Shown here: positions 54,801 through 60,894 of the stretch, piece by piece
Layout: each line of letters begins with the position of its first letter
Position numbering within the stretch: position 1 is the first letter of the stretch
Assembly (NCBI RefSeq): GCF_001194135.2
Contig: NC_069006.1
Location: 6,935,261 to 6,999,260 of the forward strand
DNA: 64,000 nt
Reading direction: 5' to 3'
From: Octopus bimaculoides
Lineage: Eukaryota
Program-made: the position numbers and the translations under genes
The notes under the pieces: generated by a model
What the model was told of the DNA's origin: nothing
Seen by the model: the letters and a program-made list of their open reading frames with translations, nothing else
Database searches by the model: none

Positions 54801-56991
54801 NNNNNNNNNNNNNNNNNNNNNNNNNNNNNNNNNNNNNNNNNNNNNNNNNNNNNNNNNNNNNNNNNNNNNNNNNNNNNNNNNNNNNNNNNNNNNNNNNNNN
54901 NNNNNNNNNNNNNNNNNNNNNNNNNNNNNNNNNNNNNNNNNNNNNNNNNNNNNNNNNNNNNNNNNNNNNNNNNNNNNNNNNNNNNNNNNNNNNNNNNNNN
55001 NNNNNNNNNNNNNNNNNNNNNNNNNNNNNNNNNNNNNNNNNNNNNNNNNNNNNNNNNNNNNNNNNNNNNNNNNNNNNNNNNNNNNNNNNNNNNNNNNNNN
55101 NNNNNNNNNNNNNNNNNNNNNNNNNNNNNNNNNNNNNNNNNNNNNNNNNNNNNNNNNNNNNNNNNNNNNNNNNNNNNNNNNNNNNNNNNNNNNNNNNNNN
55201 NNNNNNNNNNNNNNNNNNNNNNNNNNNNNNNNNNNNNNNNNNNNNNNNNNNNNNNNNNNNNNNNNNNNNNNNNNNNNNNNNNNNNNNNNNNNNNNNNNNN
55301 NNNNNNNNNNNNNNNNNNNNNNNNNNNNNNNNNNNNNNNNNNNNNNNNNNNNNNNNNNNNNNNNNNNNNNNNNNNNNNNNNNNNNNNNNNNNNNNNNNNN
55401 NNNNNNNNNNNNNNNNNNNNNNNNNNNNNNNNNNNNNNNNNNNNNNNNNNNNNNNNNNNNNNNNNNNNNNNNNNNNNNNNNNNNNNNNNNNNNNNNNNNN
55501 NNNNNNNNNNNNNNNNNNNNNNNNNNNNNNNNNNNNNNNNNNNNNNNNNNNNNNNNNNNNNNNNNNNNNNNNNNNNNNNNNNNNNNNNNNNNNNNNNNNN
55601 NNNNNNNNNNNNNNNNNNNNNNNNNNNNNNNNNNNNNNNNNNNNNNNNNNNNNNNNNNNNNNNNNNNNNNNNNNNNNNNNNNNNNNNNNNNNNNNNNNNN
55701 NNNNNNNNNNNNNNNNNNNNNNNNNNNCTGAGATTGACTCAAAAAGAAAAGAATACCAATAACCAACCATATAATCCCCTGATAGTATCAACAGACAATC
55801 CTTAACAAAATGGATACTGCTGCTGCCCCTCCGTTTCTACTGCTGAGCTGGTGGCTGGTCAGTCACACTCTTGGTTTATTTTTCACTGCATAAAATAAAC
55901 ACAGTTTTCGGTCACTTAGTCGGTCACTTTACCAGCGCAGCCCCTACATAAGCCCTGGCAACCTTCCAGACCATTCCATTACCTCCTCCTCCACCTCACA
56001 CTCCATAATTTAATCTTAGACAAAAAAAAAATAACAATAGACAGAAAAAAAAATGTAAAAAAAAAAGAAGCTGTGTTTGCTTCCAACAAATCCCTCCCTT
56101 GTTCCTGTAGGTTAATCCATGGAGACACTGAAATAAAAGACAATTTCATATTGAAATGTGCATGTGTGTATATATATACATATATATATTTGGAAGTGCA
56201 GTAGTTGATGTAGACGAGAATATGGGGGCAGACACTTGCAAAATGTCCATAATCTTTGGACAGGTGGGGGTGGATCTGAAAAAGTTATTTAAATAGGTTC
56301 AACATTGTTAGTTATTTATTATTATTATTATTATTATTGTGGTGAGCTGGCAGAATTGTTAGCATGCTGGATGAAATGCTTAGCAGCATTTTGTCCAGCT
56401 TTAGGTCCTGAGTTCAAATTCCACCATGGTTGATTTTGCTTTTCATCTTTTCGGGGTTGATGAAATAAGTCGCCGCCTTAACAAATAGTAATAATCCTTT
56501 CTGTTGTAGGCACAAAGCCCGTAATTTTGAGGGATGGTGTAAGTCAGTAACATTGACCCTGGTACTTCATCATCATCATCATCATCATCATTTAGCATCC
56601 GTTGTCCATGCTAGCACGGGCTGGTCACACCGTCCAACCCATACCAGCATGCAACAGACATTAAATGAAGTACCAGTCAAGTACTGGGGGGGGGTCAATG
56701 TTATCGACTTACACCCTCCCCCAAAATTTCAGGCCTAGTGCCTATAATACAAAGGATTATTATTATGATTATTAAGACACCGAGCTGGCAGACTCGTTAG
56801 CACACCAGGCAAAAATGCTTAGCAGTATATCTTCCAACTTTACGTTCTGAGTTCAAATTCTGCCAAAGCCGACTTTACTTTTCATCTTTTAGGGGTCAAT
56901 AGAATAAGTACCAGTCCCATACTGGGGTCAATGTAATTGACTACCCCCTTCCATCAAAATTGCTGGGCCTTGTGCCAAAAATTTGAAACCA

Positions 56992-57055
<64 letters not shown>

Positions 57056-58048
57056 GGCAGCAAGCTGGCAGAATTGTTAGCACAATGGATGAAATGCTTA
57101 GTGGTATTTCACCCGTTGCTACGTGAGTTCAAATTCCACTCAGGTGAACTTTGCCTTTCATCCTTTTGGGGTCAATAAATTAAGTCCCAGTTGCATACTG
57201 AGGTCGATGTAATCGACTATGCCCCTCCCCCAAAGTTTTAGGCCTTGTACCTATAGTAGAAAGGATTATTATTATTATTACTTTATAGCTTATGTTTCAT
57301 ATCTTTTGGATGACCCCGAATGATCTTCCTAAAGAGCAGTGGTTGTCTTTTGCACTTTCTCCTAAGCAACCTGTGCTTTGAGCTTTTTTAAATAAAACTT
57401 CAGTTTTTTTCCTTCAGTAGATATAAAAAGCAATAGTCAAAATTTATATCGGATTACACAACAGTTTGAGGGAACAAATGTAGCTCGTTAAAACAAAGAA
57501 AAAAGATTTTAAATAATCATAAATAATTAAGAGTTGACCTGCAACAACTTAAACCTAACATTAACAACATTATAAATCTCACCAGTTATGGATGACGTAT
57601 AAAGGTTATGGACACTACCTTTTCCTCTAGACTCAGTAAATAAAAGAAAACATTACACAATCTTCAATTCACTTTGAATATTTATTTATTTAACAGGATT
57701 TTTTTTAATTGAATCTATTTTCATCAATTTTCTGAAGTTGATGAAAGCAGATTTAATTAGCAAACACATTTGTTTATTTGGGGAACAAAATATGTGTGGA
57801 CAACACCTACCTGAATGCGTTCTGATCTCCTTGTTTGTGCCCGACCAAATTCTTTGATAGTCATTCTACTTTCGCTACCAATTGTCAGTGCTGCCCACTG
57901 ATGAAATTTCCCTTCTTCCTCGTGGAAACACACAACAAAAACCAAAAAATTATCAAAGTAGTTTGGCCCTGTTAATATTCTAACCCTTTTCTTTCCCTAT
58001 TTTTAATGAAATACACAGCCCNNNNNNNNNNGAATGAGCCAATGTTGA
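211..58048 (+). CDS. DNAJC11: DnaJ homolog subfamily C member 11 (mitochondrial outer-membrane/MICOS-associated J-protein), spliced gene, 17 coding exons, ~554 aa
   Basis: Exons 211-285, 8924-9053, 9890-9960, 14348-14449, 15811-15878, 17489-17666, 39663-39730, 42203-42267, 43733-43854, 44809-44891, 45372-45488, 45742-45897, 47316-47385, 48891-49000, 50785-50878, 51610-51739 join through GT-AG introns with matching phases into one 546-codon ORF. Collinear with recalled human DNAJC11 ([59 protein letters not shown]). The last exon is tentative. Confidence 0.95.
1691..1851 (-). mobile_element. SINE family A, 5' half
   Basis: Near-identical reverse complement of 4708-4870. Confidence 0.85.
2880..3045 (+). 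mobile_element. SINE family A, diverged 5' half
   Basis: Aligns to 4708-4870. Confidence 0.75.
3051..3238. mobile_element. Tigger/pogo-like MITE remnant
   Basis: CAGTAATCCCTC... left end and degenerate GATAGTCAAGGGATTGCT right end; a related left end occurs at 54180. Confidence 0.5.
4708..5114 (+). mobile_element. Full-length tRNA-derived SINE (family A) with an internal (TA)n/(TG)n microsatellite
   Basis: Head GGCGCAGGAGTGGCTGTGTGGTAAG...GAGTTCATTCTC (A/B-box-like), body CCTTGGGCAAGTGTC...GGATTTGGTAGACGGAAACTGAAAG, tail ...GCAGTCAAATGACTGAAACAAGTAAAGAG; many copies in the window. Confidence 0.85.
5301..5750 (+). repeat. Tandem duplication, 2 x 225 bp, spanning a family B/family A junction
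   Basis: GCTTTTTATGT...ACACATGCCAAAAGT starts at 5301 and at 5526. Confidence 0.9.
8020..8310 (+). mobile_element. SINE family C copy with an internal partial duplication
   Basis: Same consensus as 56335-57280; GAGTTCAAAT occurs twice. Confidence 0.75.
8924..9053 (+). CDS. DNAJC11: DNAJC11 exon 2 ([43 protein letters not shown])
   Basis: ttacag| acceptor; HPD motif at 8975-8983; donor G|GTAAGC, phase 1. Confidence 0.97.
9890..9960 (+). CDS. DNAJC11: DNAJC11 exon 3 ([24 protein letters not shown])
   Basis: ttcaag| acceptor; J-domain helix IV VLSD..R.IYD.YG; donor GAG|GTATGT. Confidence 0.96.
9988..10479 (-). mobile_element. Full-length SINE family A with an ~90-bp insert in its microsatellite
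   Basis: Reverse complement of the 4708-5114 head and tail; foreign segment at ~10234-10324. Confidence 0.8.
11446..11672. mobile_element. Mariner/Tc1-type MITE
   Basis: TIR ACGAGGGGGTGCTGAAAAGTTCCTGACTTT / AAAGCCAGGAACTTTTCA..CCCCCTCATA; the right TIR is interrupted by (CA)n. Confidence 0.7.
11735..12071 (+). mobile_element. Young (GAT)n-tailed non-LTR retroposon 3' fragment (family B)
   Basis: GGTTGGCGTTAGGAAGGGCATCCAGCTGTAGAAAC...CCAACCCATGCTAGCATGGAAAGCGGACGTTAAACGATG; variable 5' ends and a simple-repeat tail across >20 copies. Confidence 0.8.
13567..13757 (+). mobile_element. Family B, young 5'-truncated copy
   Basis: Nearly identical to 11897-12071; (GAT)n tail. Confidence 0.85.
14348..14449 (+). 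CDS. DNAJC11: DNAJC11 exon 4 ([34 protein letters not shown])
   Basis: ttttag| acceptor; near-identical to the recalled DNAJC11 coiled-coil motif; donor CGG|GTAAGA. Confidence 0.97.
14602..14890. mobile_element. Degenerate hAT-like MITE
   Basis: CAGAAGTCTCCAACC left end and GTTGATGACTGCTG right end. Confidence 0.45.
15811..15878 (+). CDS. DNAJC11: DNAJC11 exon 5 ([22 protein letters not shown])
   Basis: aacag| acceptor; GTI..G.DATD.FD motif; donor GA|GTGAGT, phase 2. Confidence 0.95.
17489..17666 (+). CDS. DNAJC11: DNAJC11 exon 6 ([22 protein letters not shown]...NGNGNG...LSDKSWAE)
   Basis: ttgcag| acceptor; SQS.EAPLT and NGNG motifs; donor GAG|GTATAT, phase 0. Confidence 0.95.
18823..19044. 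mobile_element. piggyBac-like MITE with TTAA target duplication, inserted into a SINE
   Basis: TTAA|CCATTTTGTT...ATCGAAAGGG|TTAA; the flanks rejoin to GTACCCTTAATGTAGTTCTCAGGG, as seen intact at ~49428-49451. Confidence 0.8.
20650..20830 (+). mobile_element. tRNA-derived SINE family D
   Basis: GCATGGCTTAGTGG...AAGTTTGATTCC...GAGCAAGACACTTTAT...GCTCCAGTTCACTCAGCTG; related copies at ~19640-19810(-), 30520-30700(+), 39990-40170(-), 49350-49630(-). Confidence 0.7.
22214..22454 (+). repeat. 42-bp minisatellite, ~5.7 copies
   Basis: Unit GGCTGAGTTCCTTT(G/C)AAGCATTGGGCCTCAC(A/G)GAGGCAAAGT starting at 22214, 22256, 22298, 22340, 22382, 22424. Confidence 0.95.
23446..23491 (+). repeat. (CA)n microsatellite
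   Basis: Direct reading. Confidence 0.95.
23835..24600 (-). mobile_element. Cluster of SINE family C copies
   Basis: Several GAAAGGATGAAA...GGAATTTGAACTCAGAA units in reverse orientation. Confidence 0.7.
24560..25437 (+). promoter_or_regulatory. CpG-enriched region upstream of the nested MADF-BESS gene (candidate internal promoter/5' UTR)
   Basis: Visibly more CpG than the surrounding intron; ATCGATTATCGAT (DRE-like) at 24672-24684; pyrimidine tract plus AG directly before the ATG. Confidence 0.35.
24867..25437 (+). repeat. Imperfect local tandem duplication ending at the MADF ATG acceptor
   Basis: Units 24867-25077 and 25083-25437 share TAGTCGCT(T/C)GATTGCTGGAAATAACAG, ATAACTAATCCATAACACC and ATTGTCT(G/T)AATGTTAAG. 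Confidence 0.8.
25438..25501 (+). CDS. MADF-BESS gene exon 1 ([21 protein letters not shown])
   Basis: ATG at 25438; MADF helix 1; donor G|GTGCGT, phase 1. Confidence 0.85.
25438..36418 (+). CDS. MADF-MADF-BESS domain transcription factor (Adf-1/Dip3-like family), 7 coding exons, 595 aa, nested in DNAJC11 intron 6
   Basis: Exons 25438-25501, 25867-25986, 29337-29569, 30834-31401, 33971-34090, 34545-34747, 35939-36418 join via GT-AG introns into 1788 nt with no internal stop. Two MADF signatures (W....E..LI.FFE.H..LWD....Y / RW.N.RT..RE / W....L.F.KD) and a C-terminal BESS signature ([14 protein letters not shown]....RE.AK.DIQ.IL). Confidence 0.9.
25867..25986 (+). CDS. MADF-BESS gene exon 2 ([40 protein letters not shown])
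   Basis: tggcag| acceptor; HPCLWD...Y motif; donor G|GTAAAG; 120 nt. Confidence 0.92.
26856..27105. mobile_element. hAT/Charlie-like MITE
   Basis: TIR CAGTGATTCCCAACC / GGTTGAGAATCACTG (14/15 match); related copies at ~30190-30410 and 39127-39350; no TSD visible. Confidence 0.7.
29337..29569 (+). CDS. MADF-BESS gene exon 3 ([17 protein letters not shown]...[14 protein letters not shown])
   Basis: ttttag| acceptor; RW.NIR..Y.RE and W.F...L.F motifs; donor CAG|GTAGGT. Confidence 0.93.
30834..31401 (+). CDS. MADF-BESS gene exon 4 (acidic/Ser-rich linker, then the start of MADF 2: [16 protein letters not shown])
   Basis: ttctcag| acceptor, phase 0; open 568 nt; donor G|GTATGT. Confidence 0.9.
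32453..32661. mobile_element. piggyBac-like MITE (CCCTTTAGCAT family)
   Basis: TTAA|CCCTTT...ATGCTAAAGGG|TTAA; about ten related copies (e.g. ~3690, 13020, 17160, 28540, 41943, 63405). Confidence 0.8.
33144..33360 (-). mobile_element. Family B copy
   Basis: (CAT)n followed by CGTTTAACGTCCGCC...GGATGTCCTTCTTAATGCCAACC. Confidence 0.8.
33971..34090 (+). CDS. MADF-BESS gene exon 5 ([39 protein letters not shown])
   Basis: tctcag| acceptor; paralogous to exon 2, also 120 nt; donor G|GTATTT. Confidence 0.92.
34261..34445 (+). repeat. Degenerate ~26-bp tandem array
   Basis: Unit ~CAGGTGCCTTTTACGTGCCACCAGCA, about 7 copies. Confidence 0.8.
34545..34747 (+). CDS. MADF-BESS gene exon 6 ([17 protein letters not shown]...[14 protein letters not shown])
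   Basis: tggcag| acceptor; paralogous to exon 3; donor GAT|GTATGT, phase 0. Confidence 0.92.
35939..36418 (+). CDS. MADF-BESS gene exon 7 (poly-Gly tract, BESS domain, stop)
   Basis: ttccag| acceptor, phase 0; [34 protein letters not shown]; TAA at 36416-36418. Confidence 0.92.
   Translation, partial: TYSLSDDSDVGNDSIAWPSEQFVEDETHNFEQLSRTKRLDTNPVINSLDLLSDDNNIGGGGGGGGGGGSGGNISINGTVQNFSASTTKKRCRSDDMDLKDDFLKEAWRIFNLKERHDPEDLFGMHVAGTLRRMQPLQREKAKLDIQGILLQHCFSKADQ
37860..37865 (+). terminator. Candidate polyadenylation signal of the nested MADF-BESS gene
   Basis: AATAAA ~1.45 kb after the stop, at the end of a T-rich repeat-poor UTR-like stretch; another AATAAA overlaps the stop codon (36414-36419). 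Confidence 0.35.
39663..39730 (+). CDS. DNAJC11: DNAJC11 exon 7 ([22 protein letters not shown])
   Basis: aacag| acceptor, phase 0; aligns to LEFGAG...LKLFRNLT; donor AT|GTAAGT. Confidence 0.88.
40560..41225 (-). mobile_element. SINE family A copy interrupted by a gap and a (GAT)n-tailed element
   Basis: Tail at 40560-40760 and head at 41065-41215 match family A. Confidence 0.7.
41570..41880 (-). mobile_element. Family B copy
   Basis: (CAT)n followed by TTTAATGTCTGCTTTCCATGCTGGCATGGGTTGG. Confidence 0.75.
41943..42162. mobile_element. piggyBac-like MITE (CCCTTTAGCAT family)
   Basis: TTAA|CCCTTTAGCATT...AATGCCAAAGAA|TTAA. Confidence 0.75.
42203..42267 (+). CDS. DNAJC11: DNAJC11 exon 8 ([21 protein letters not shown])
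   Basis: tttag| acceptor; SRG.RPG motif; donor A|GTAAGT. Confidence 0.92.
42710..42929. repeat. 55-bp inverted repeat enclosing the tRNA-like sequence
   Basis: 42710-42764 vs 42875-42929; 3 mismatches, all G-U compatible on the + strand. Confidence 0.9.
42759..42830 (+). pseudogene. tRNA-like cloverleaf (pseudogene or SINE head), nominal anticodon GGA
   Basis: Acceptor AACAGTT/GACTGGT, D arm GCTT-GATGGTA-GAGC, anticodon arm TTGA-CCGGAAA-TCAA, T arm GTGAG-TTGGATT-CTCAT; U33 and the TTC loop are mutated. Confidence 0.55.
43733..43854 (+). CDS. DNAJC11: DNAJC11 exon 9 ([40 protein letters not shown])
   Basis: ttgtag| acceptor; G.L.W..G...AM.T.IV.D pattern; donor CAG|GTTTGT; phases fit both neighbours. 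Confidence 0.9.
44527..44577 (+). ncRNA. Degenerate minimal hammerhead-like motif
   Basis: TGGCT G TTGAAGA A GGC...GCC GAAAC ATGT GTA AGCAA: C3 changed to T, palindromic ACATGT stem III, GUA triplet. Confidence 0.4.
44809..44891 (+). CDS. DNAJC11: DNAJC11 exon 10 ([27 protein letters not shown])
   Basis: ttctag| acceptor; GIP.SF...SY.HKFQ.DD motif; donor AG|GTCAGT. Confidence 0.96.
45372..45488 (+). CDS. DNAJC11: DNAJC11 exon 11 ([38 protein letters not shown])
   Basis: aacag| acceptor; E.G.E.KI...S.LGA...VGVP.GV.L motif; donor AA|GTAGGT. Confidence 0.96.
45742..45897 (+). CDS. DNAJC11: DNAJC11 exon 12 ([51 protein letters not shown])
   Basis: accag| acceptor; FPIHL.D.L.PSA.FY and IIKPYL motifs; donor AG|GTCAGA. 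Confidence 0.97.
45995..46380 (+). repeat. Degenerate ~26-bp tandem array at the 5' side of a family-B element
   Basis: Repeated TGCTGG(T/C)(G/A)CCACAT(A/G)(A/G)AAAGCACC; reverse-complement relative of the 34261 array. Confidence 0.75.
47316..47385 (+). CDS. DNAJC11: DNAJC11 exon 13 ([23 protein letters not shown])
   Basis: ttcag| acceptor; KK.EAE.A motif; donor GCA|GTGAGT. Confidence 0.93.
48891..49000 (+). CDS. DNAJC11: DNAJC11 exon 14 ([36 protein letters not shown])
   Basis: ttttcag| acceptor; LMQE.V.R.I..E....GL.IV.A.YGK motif; donor GA|GTAAGA. Confidence 0.96.
50785..50878 (+). CDS. DNAJC11: DNAJC11 exon 15 ([31 protein letters not shown])
   Basis: ttgtag| acceptor; IDV.VPLQCL motif; donor AAG|GTAAGA. 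Confidence 0.96.
51610..51739 (+). CDS. DNAJC11: DNAJC11 exon 16 ([43 protein letters not shown])
   Basis: ttcag| acceptor; GFYDPC.GEEK.L...Y.FR..LH motif; donor A|GTAAGT, phase 1. Confidence 0.97.
51895..52439. mobile_element. Two adjacent piggyBac-like MITEs (CCCTTTGCCTGTC TIR)
   Basis: TTAA|CCCTTTGCCTGTC...GACAGGCAAA and AACACTTTGCCTGTC...GACAGGCAAAGGG|TTA. Confidence 0.65.
52899..53127 (-). mobile_element. Family B, young copy running into a gap
   Basis: Near-identical reverse complement of 11850-12071. Confidence 0.85.
53548..53733. repeat. 186-bp near-perfect palindrome (89-bp arms, 8-nt spacer)
   Basis: 53548-53636 is the reverse complement of 53645-53733 with 5 mismatches; spacer ATTAAGGC. 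Confidence 0.92.
53578..53640 (-). ncRNA. Minimal type-I hammerhead-ribozyme-like motif (Penelope-associated type)
   Basis: Reverse complement: TAATAA CTGATGA GATGCTGG-loop-CCGGCATC C GAAAC TCTGAG CT TTATTA, giving stem I 6 bp, stem II 8 bp and a near-palindromic stem III. The U16.1 position is C and there is an extra C before GAAA, so activity is doubtful. Confidence 0.45.
53893..54040 (-). mobile_element. SINE family A, 5' half
   Basis: CTTCTTTCAGTTTCCGTCTACCAAATCC...CAGCCACGCCTGTGCC. Confidence 0.75.
54347..54764. mobile_element. Two neighbouring copies of the 18823-type piggyBac-like MITE; the second runs into a gap
   Basis: CCCTTTCGTTAC...TTTCTGTTGAGATGCTC...GAAAGGG|TTAA repeated. Confidence 0.7.
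54765..55728. other. Largest assembly gap (others: 1867-2623, 12072-12920, 17930-18131, 21247-21288, 40764-40932, 48457-48816, 53128-53455, 58022-58031)
   Basis: N runs, mostly flanked by young repeats or (TA)n. Confidence 0.99.
56335..57280 (+). mobile_element. Cluster of three to four SINE family C copies separated by (ATT)n
   Basis: Repeated GAGCTGGCAGAATTGTTAGCA...GAGTTCAAATTCC...TTTCATCCTTT..GGGGTC...CCTTGTGCC. Confidence 0.8.
56995..57054 (+). repeat. (ATT)n microsatellite
   Basis: Direct reading. Confidence 0.95.
58019..58048 (+). CDS. DNAJC11: Probable DNAJC11 terminal coding exon, interrupted by a 10-N gap (possibly T-H-R-M-S-Q-C-stop)
   Basis: Branch-like CTAAC plus a long pyrimidine tract and acacag| at 58018; phase-1 reading resembles the recalled human ending SHRI; followed by repeat-poor AT-rich UTR-like sequence. 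The frame across the gap is not determinable (the alternative stop is at 58054-58056). Confidence 0.5.
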   Translation, partial: PXXXXMSQC

Positions 58049-60720
58049 AGATATAACTTATCGAAATTTCTTACATAACATTGTGATAGGTTTTCATTTA
58101 AAATAGGAGGTTGTATATCTTAAAAAGGGGACTCTCTCAGGTGGGATGGTATCAAAAGGGCCAAAGCATTTTATTCTAGGTGCTTCCTTTGAAATAAAGT
58201 GTTTATGTTTTCCTTAAAGAACACTGCTTTTTTTTTTTAATAGAGTTATATATCTCTGTGTGTGTGTGTGTGACAAAATGTCAGATATAAGATACATATT
58301 ATTTTTATCTGACGTAAAGTATATACTATTTTTAGAACTGAACCTTGTTGAAAACATCTGTATAAAACTAGAATCGTTAAAGCAATCTCCCCGAGACCAA
58401 CTGTGTCTCATTGTTTTATCACCTGACAACTGTTACATATCTTTTCTTTCCCCTCAGAATCTCAAATATTTTTGTGGGGAAATAACCAGCAATAAGAATA
58501 ATTTATTTTGGGGATAATCCCTGCAACTTGTCTTCTGGACAAAACAAAAACAAAAAATCTTTAAATGAAATATTGACTTCCTATTAATTATTTTCTATAA
58601 CATCTGAAATGTTTCCATAAAGAATGGGTAGTAGGTTGGTAGAACTGATAAAAGAAGGGACTAAACACCTTGTGGTATTTCATTTCTCCCTGTATATTTT
58701 GAGTATTAATCTCATCAGGACTCATTTAAAGAAATACTAGCCAAGTATTAGAGTTGATAGATTTATTGAACTGTTTTCTCTTCCACATGTAGCCTTGTGC
58801 CTCACTTAGAAACCAGTATTTCGTTAAAGACATACTACCCTGTTAATTATTGTATTAATTGCAAGTGCAATTTAATAATTATTGTTTTTAAAAAATCAAT
58901 TACTCTCAGAGATGGTTCAATATTCAGCTGATGTTTTATAGATTTTTTATTTTTATTTTGTTGCTAATATTTATGTCTTGAATAAATTATAATTTAATAT
59001 TCATCTGTTATATCTCTGAAAAGGTCTCACAAATTTATACTAAATCTCTCTGCCAAAGATTGTGATCAAAACACAAATAAACAACTTATTAAATTGTCTT
59101 TTAAAACTCTATCTTAACCATTAGCTTCTGTTTGGCAGTTATCAACTAATTAGTATTATTACATTAGTTAATTGATATATTTCACCAGCTTCAATCAATT
59201 TGGTTTGTTATGCTATCAGAAATTTAATGAAACTTCTCTATGTATCTCAATTAGTGCTGTAGAATAATATGAATTTGTTATCCTTTGCATTTAGTTGCTT
59301 GACTCTGTTGGATGGTGAATTAAGGAAGGGCCATTTAACATCAGTTTTTGTTAATTATTAACCAGACACCATTATCAGTATTCCTTTTGCTTACACATCA
59401 AATAAAATATTTATTTTCTAAACTGTTTTCATACGTCTACTTTAGTCTCTGTGTGTGTGTTTAGTTCCATCTCAGTTACTTTATAATTTATCTTTATAGT
59501 GTTATAATCTCTCTTTTGCTGATAACCTATACTTAATTAATTTCAAATCAATCAAGATTTTTTTTTCCTCTTAGTTCAGTGGACATTTTTGGTATCTTTT
59601 GCAAGAATATTATTCTGATGAAGAAGATAAAACATAAAAAAATATGAAATCTTGAAACAGTTTTTTTTTTGTTATATTTCCTTTCTCAATTTTGATGATA
59701 GTTTCACACATACGTGTGTGTGTACATACATATGTATATATATTTTGTTTTTGTATTTGGTTTGCCAGATTCTGTATGTGAATTTGTGTGTTGAAGCATA
59801 TTTTATTGTGTCTGGGGAGAGTCATTCTCTTTTAGTGCCTTATTATTTAACAAACCAGTTTGATTTCCACTCATTTATTTATTTTTTCTAAAATTTTCAT
59901 TGCATCGTTGACTCTCAATTAACTAAATTAATAATACTAATTAGTTGATTCTGGCAAACAGACTAGAATCAATGACTATTGAAGAGGTTGCAAGACGCAA
60001 TGAAAATTTTAGAAAAAATGAGTCGAAATCAAACCAGTGAGTGCATTAAGTAATAAGATGCTAAAAAGGAATGACTCTCCCCAGACACAAAATATATGTA
60101 TGTACAAACCACCTTGGTAATGCTTGTCCATGCGGTGGAGTTCCACCCCATCAGCCTTCTTTCCCCACCTACATTTTATCTCCAACACCAACTGGTGCCA
60201 TGTAAAAGCTCTTGGCATTAGGATGGGCATCCAGCTGTGGAACCATGCCAAAGCAAACAATGGTGCCTGGGACAGTCTCTGGCCCTGCAAGCTCCATGTC
60301 AAACCGTCCAACCCATGCCAGCATGGAACACTGATGTTATGATGGTGATGAGGATGATATAATACAACTCCCAGCTTGTTTTGAAAGAAATTTGGCTGAT
60401 TCCTTGAGCAATTGATTTGATTTAGTTTCAGCTCATGAGCTGTGGCCATGCTAGTTTCTTTGTTCTCTCAAAAAAAATGACATCCTTGTTTATACAGAAA
60501 AAAAATAATTAATTTAAAAACAAAAAGTCTTTATGTAAAACACAGCATAATTCAAAATGCCTGAAATGTGTACTTCATAGATAAATCTACAGTTTATTTA
60601 TTTGACCATCTTAGCTGTGAAAACTGTAGATGATAGGTAAACCTCATAGTATTCTCTTAACTTTTTGGTTACCTTATTTCTGTTGAAATACAATTTCTTT
60701 ACATTTGACAGATATTTATC

Positions 60721-60894
60721 CTCATCTTGTTTGTTAACACGTTTTGGCTGAAATACCCTCCAGCCTTTATCAGGTGTCTTGGGGAAATTTCGAACCTAAC
60801 GTATTTTTTTATGTTATTATTATTCAGGTCACTGCTTGGAATCGAACTTGGAATCTTGGGGTTAGTAGCCCATGTTCTTAACCACTACGCCATA
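60721..60894 (-). mobile_element. tRNA-headed SINE-like element ending in a degenerate hammerhead-like motif
   Basis: Reverse complement: TGGCGTAGTGGTTAAG (A box) ... AGTTCGATTCC (B box) ... GACAC CTGATAA A GGCTG-10nt-CAGCC AAAAC GTGTT. Confidence 0.6.

Noticed and set aside
1665-55791. Long ORFs in the track dominated by X (e.g. 1665-2684, 12040-12990, 54723-55791)
   Set aside because: Artefacts of N gaps read as stop-free
57897-57935. CTGATGA...GGAAAC as another hammerhead or a C/D snoRNA
   Set aside because: No independent stem II or stem I can be drawn, and there is no terminal stem with box D
286-58018. U12-type signals in DNAJC11 or MADF-gene introns
   Set aside because: All donors are ordinary GT types without the ATCCTT extension
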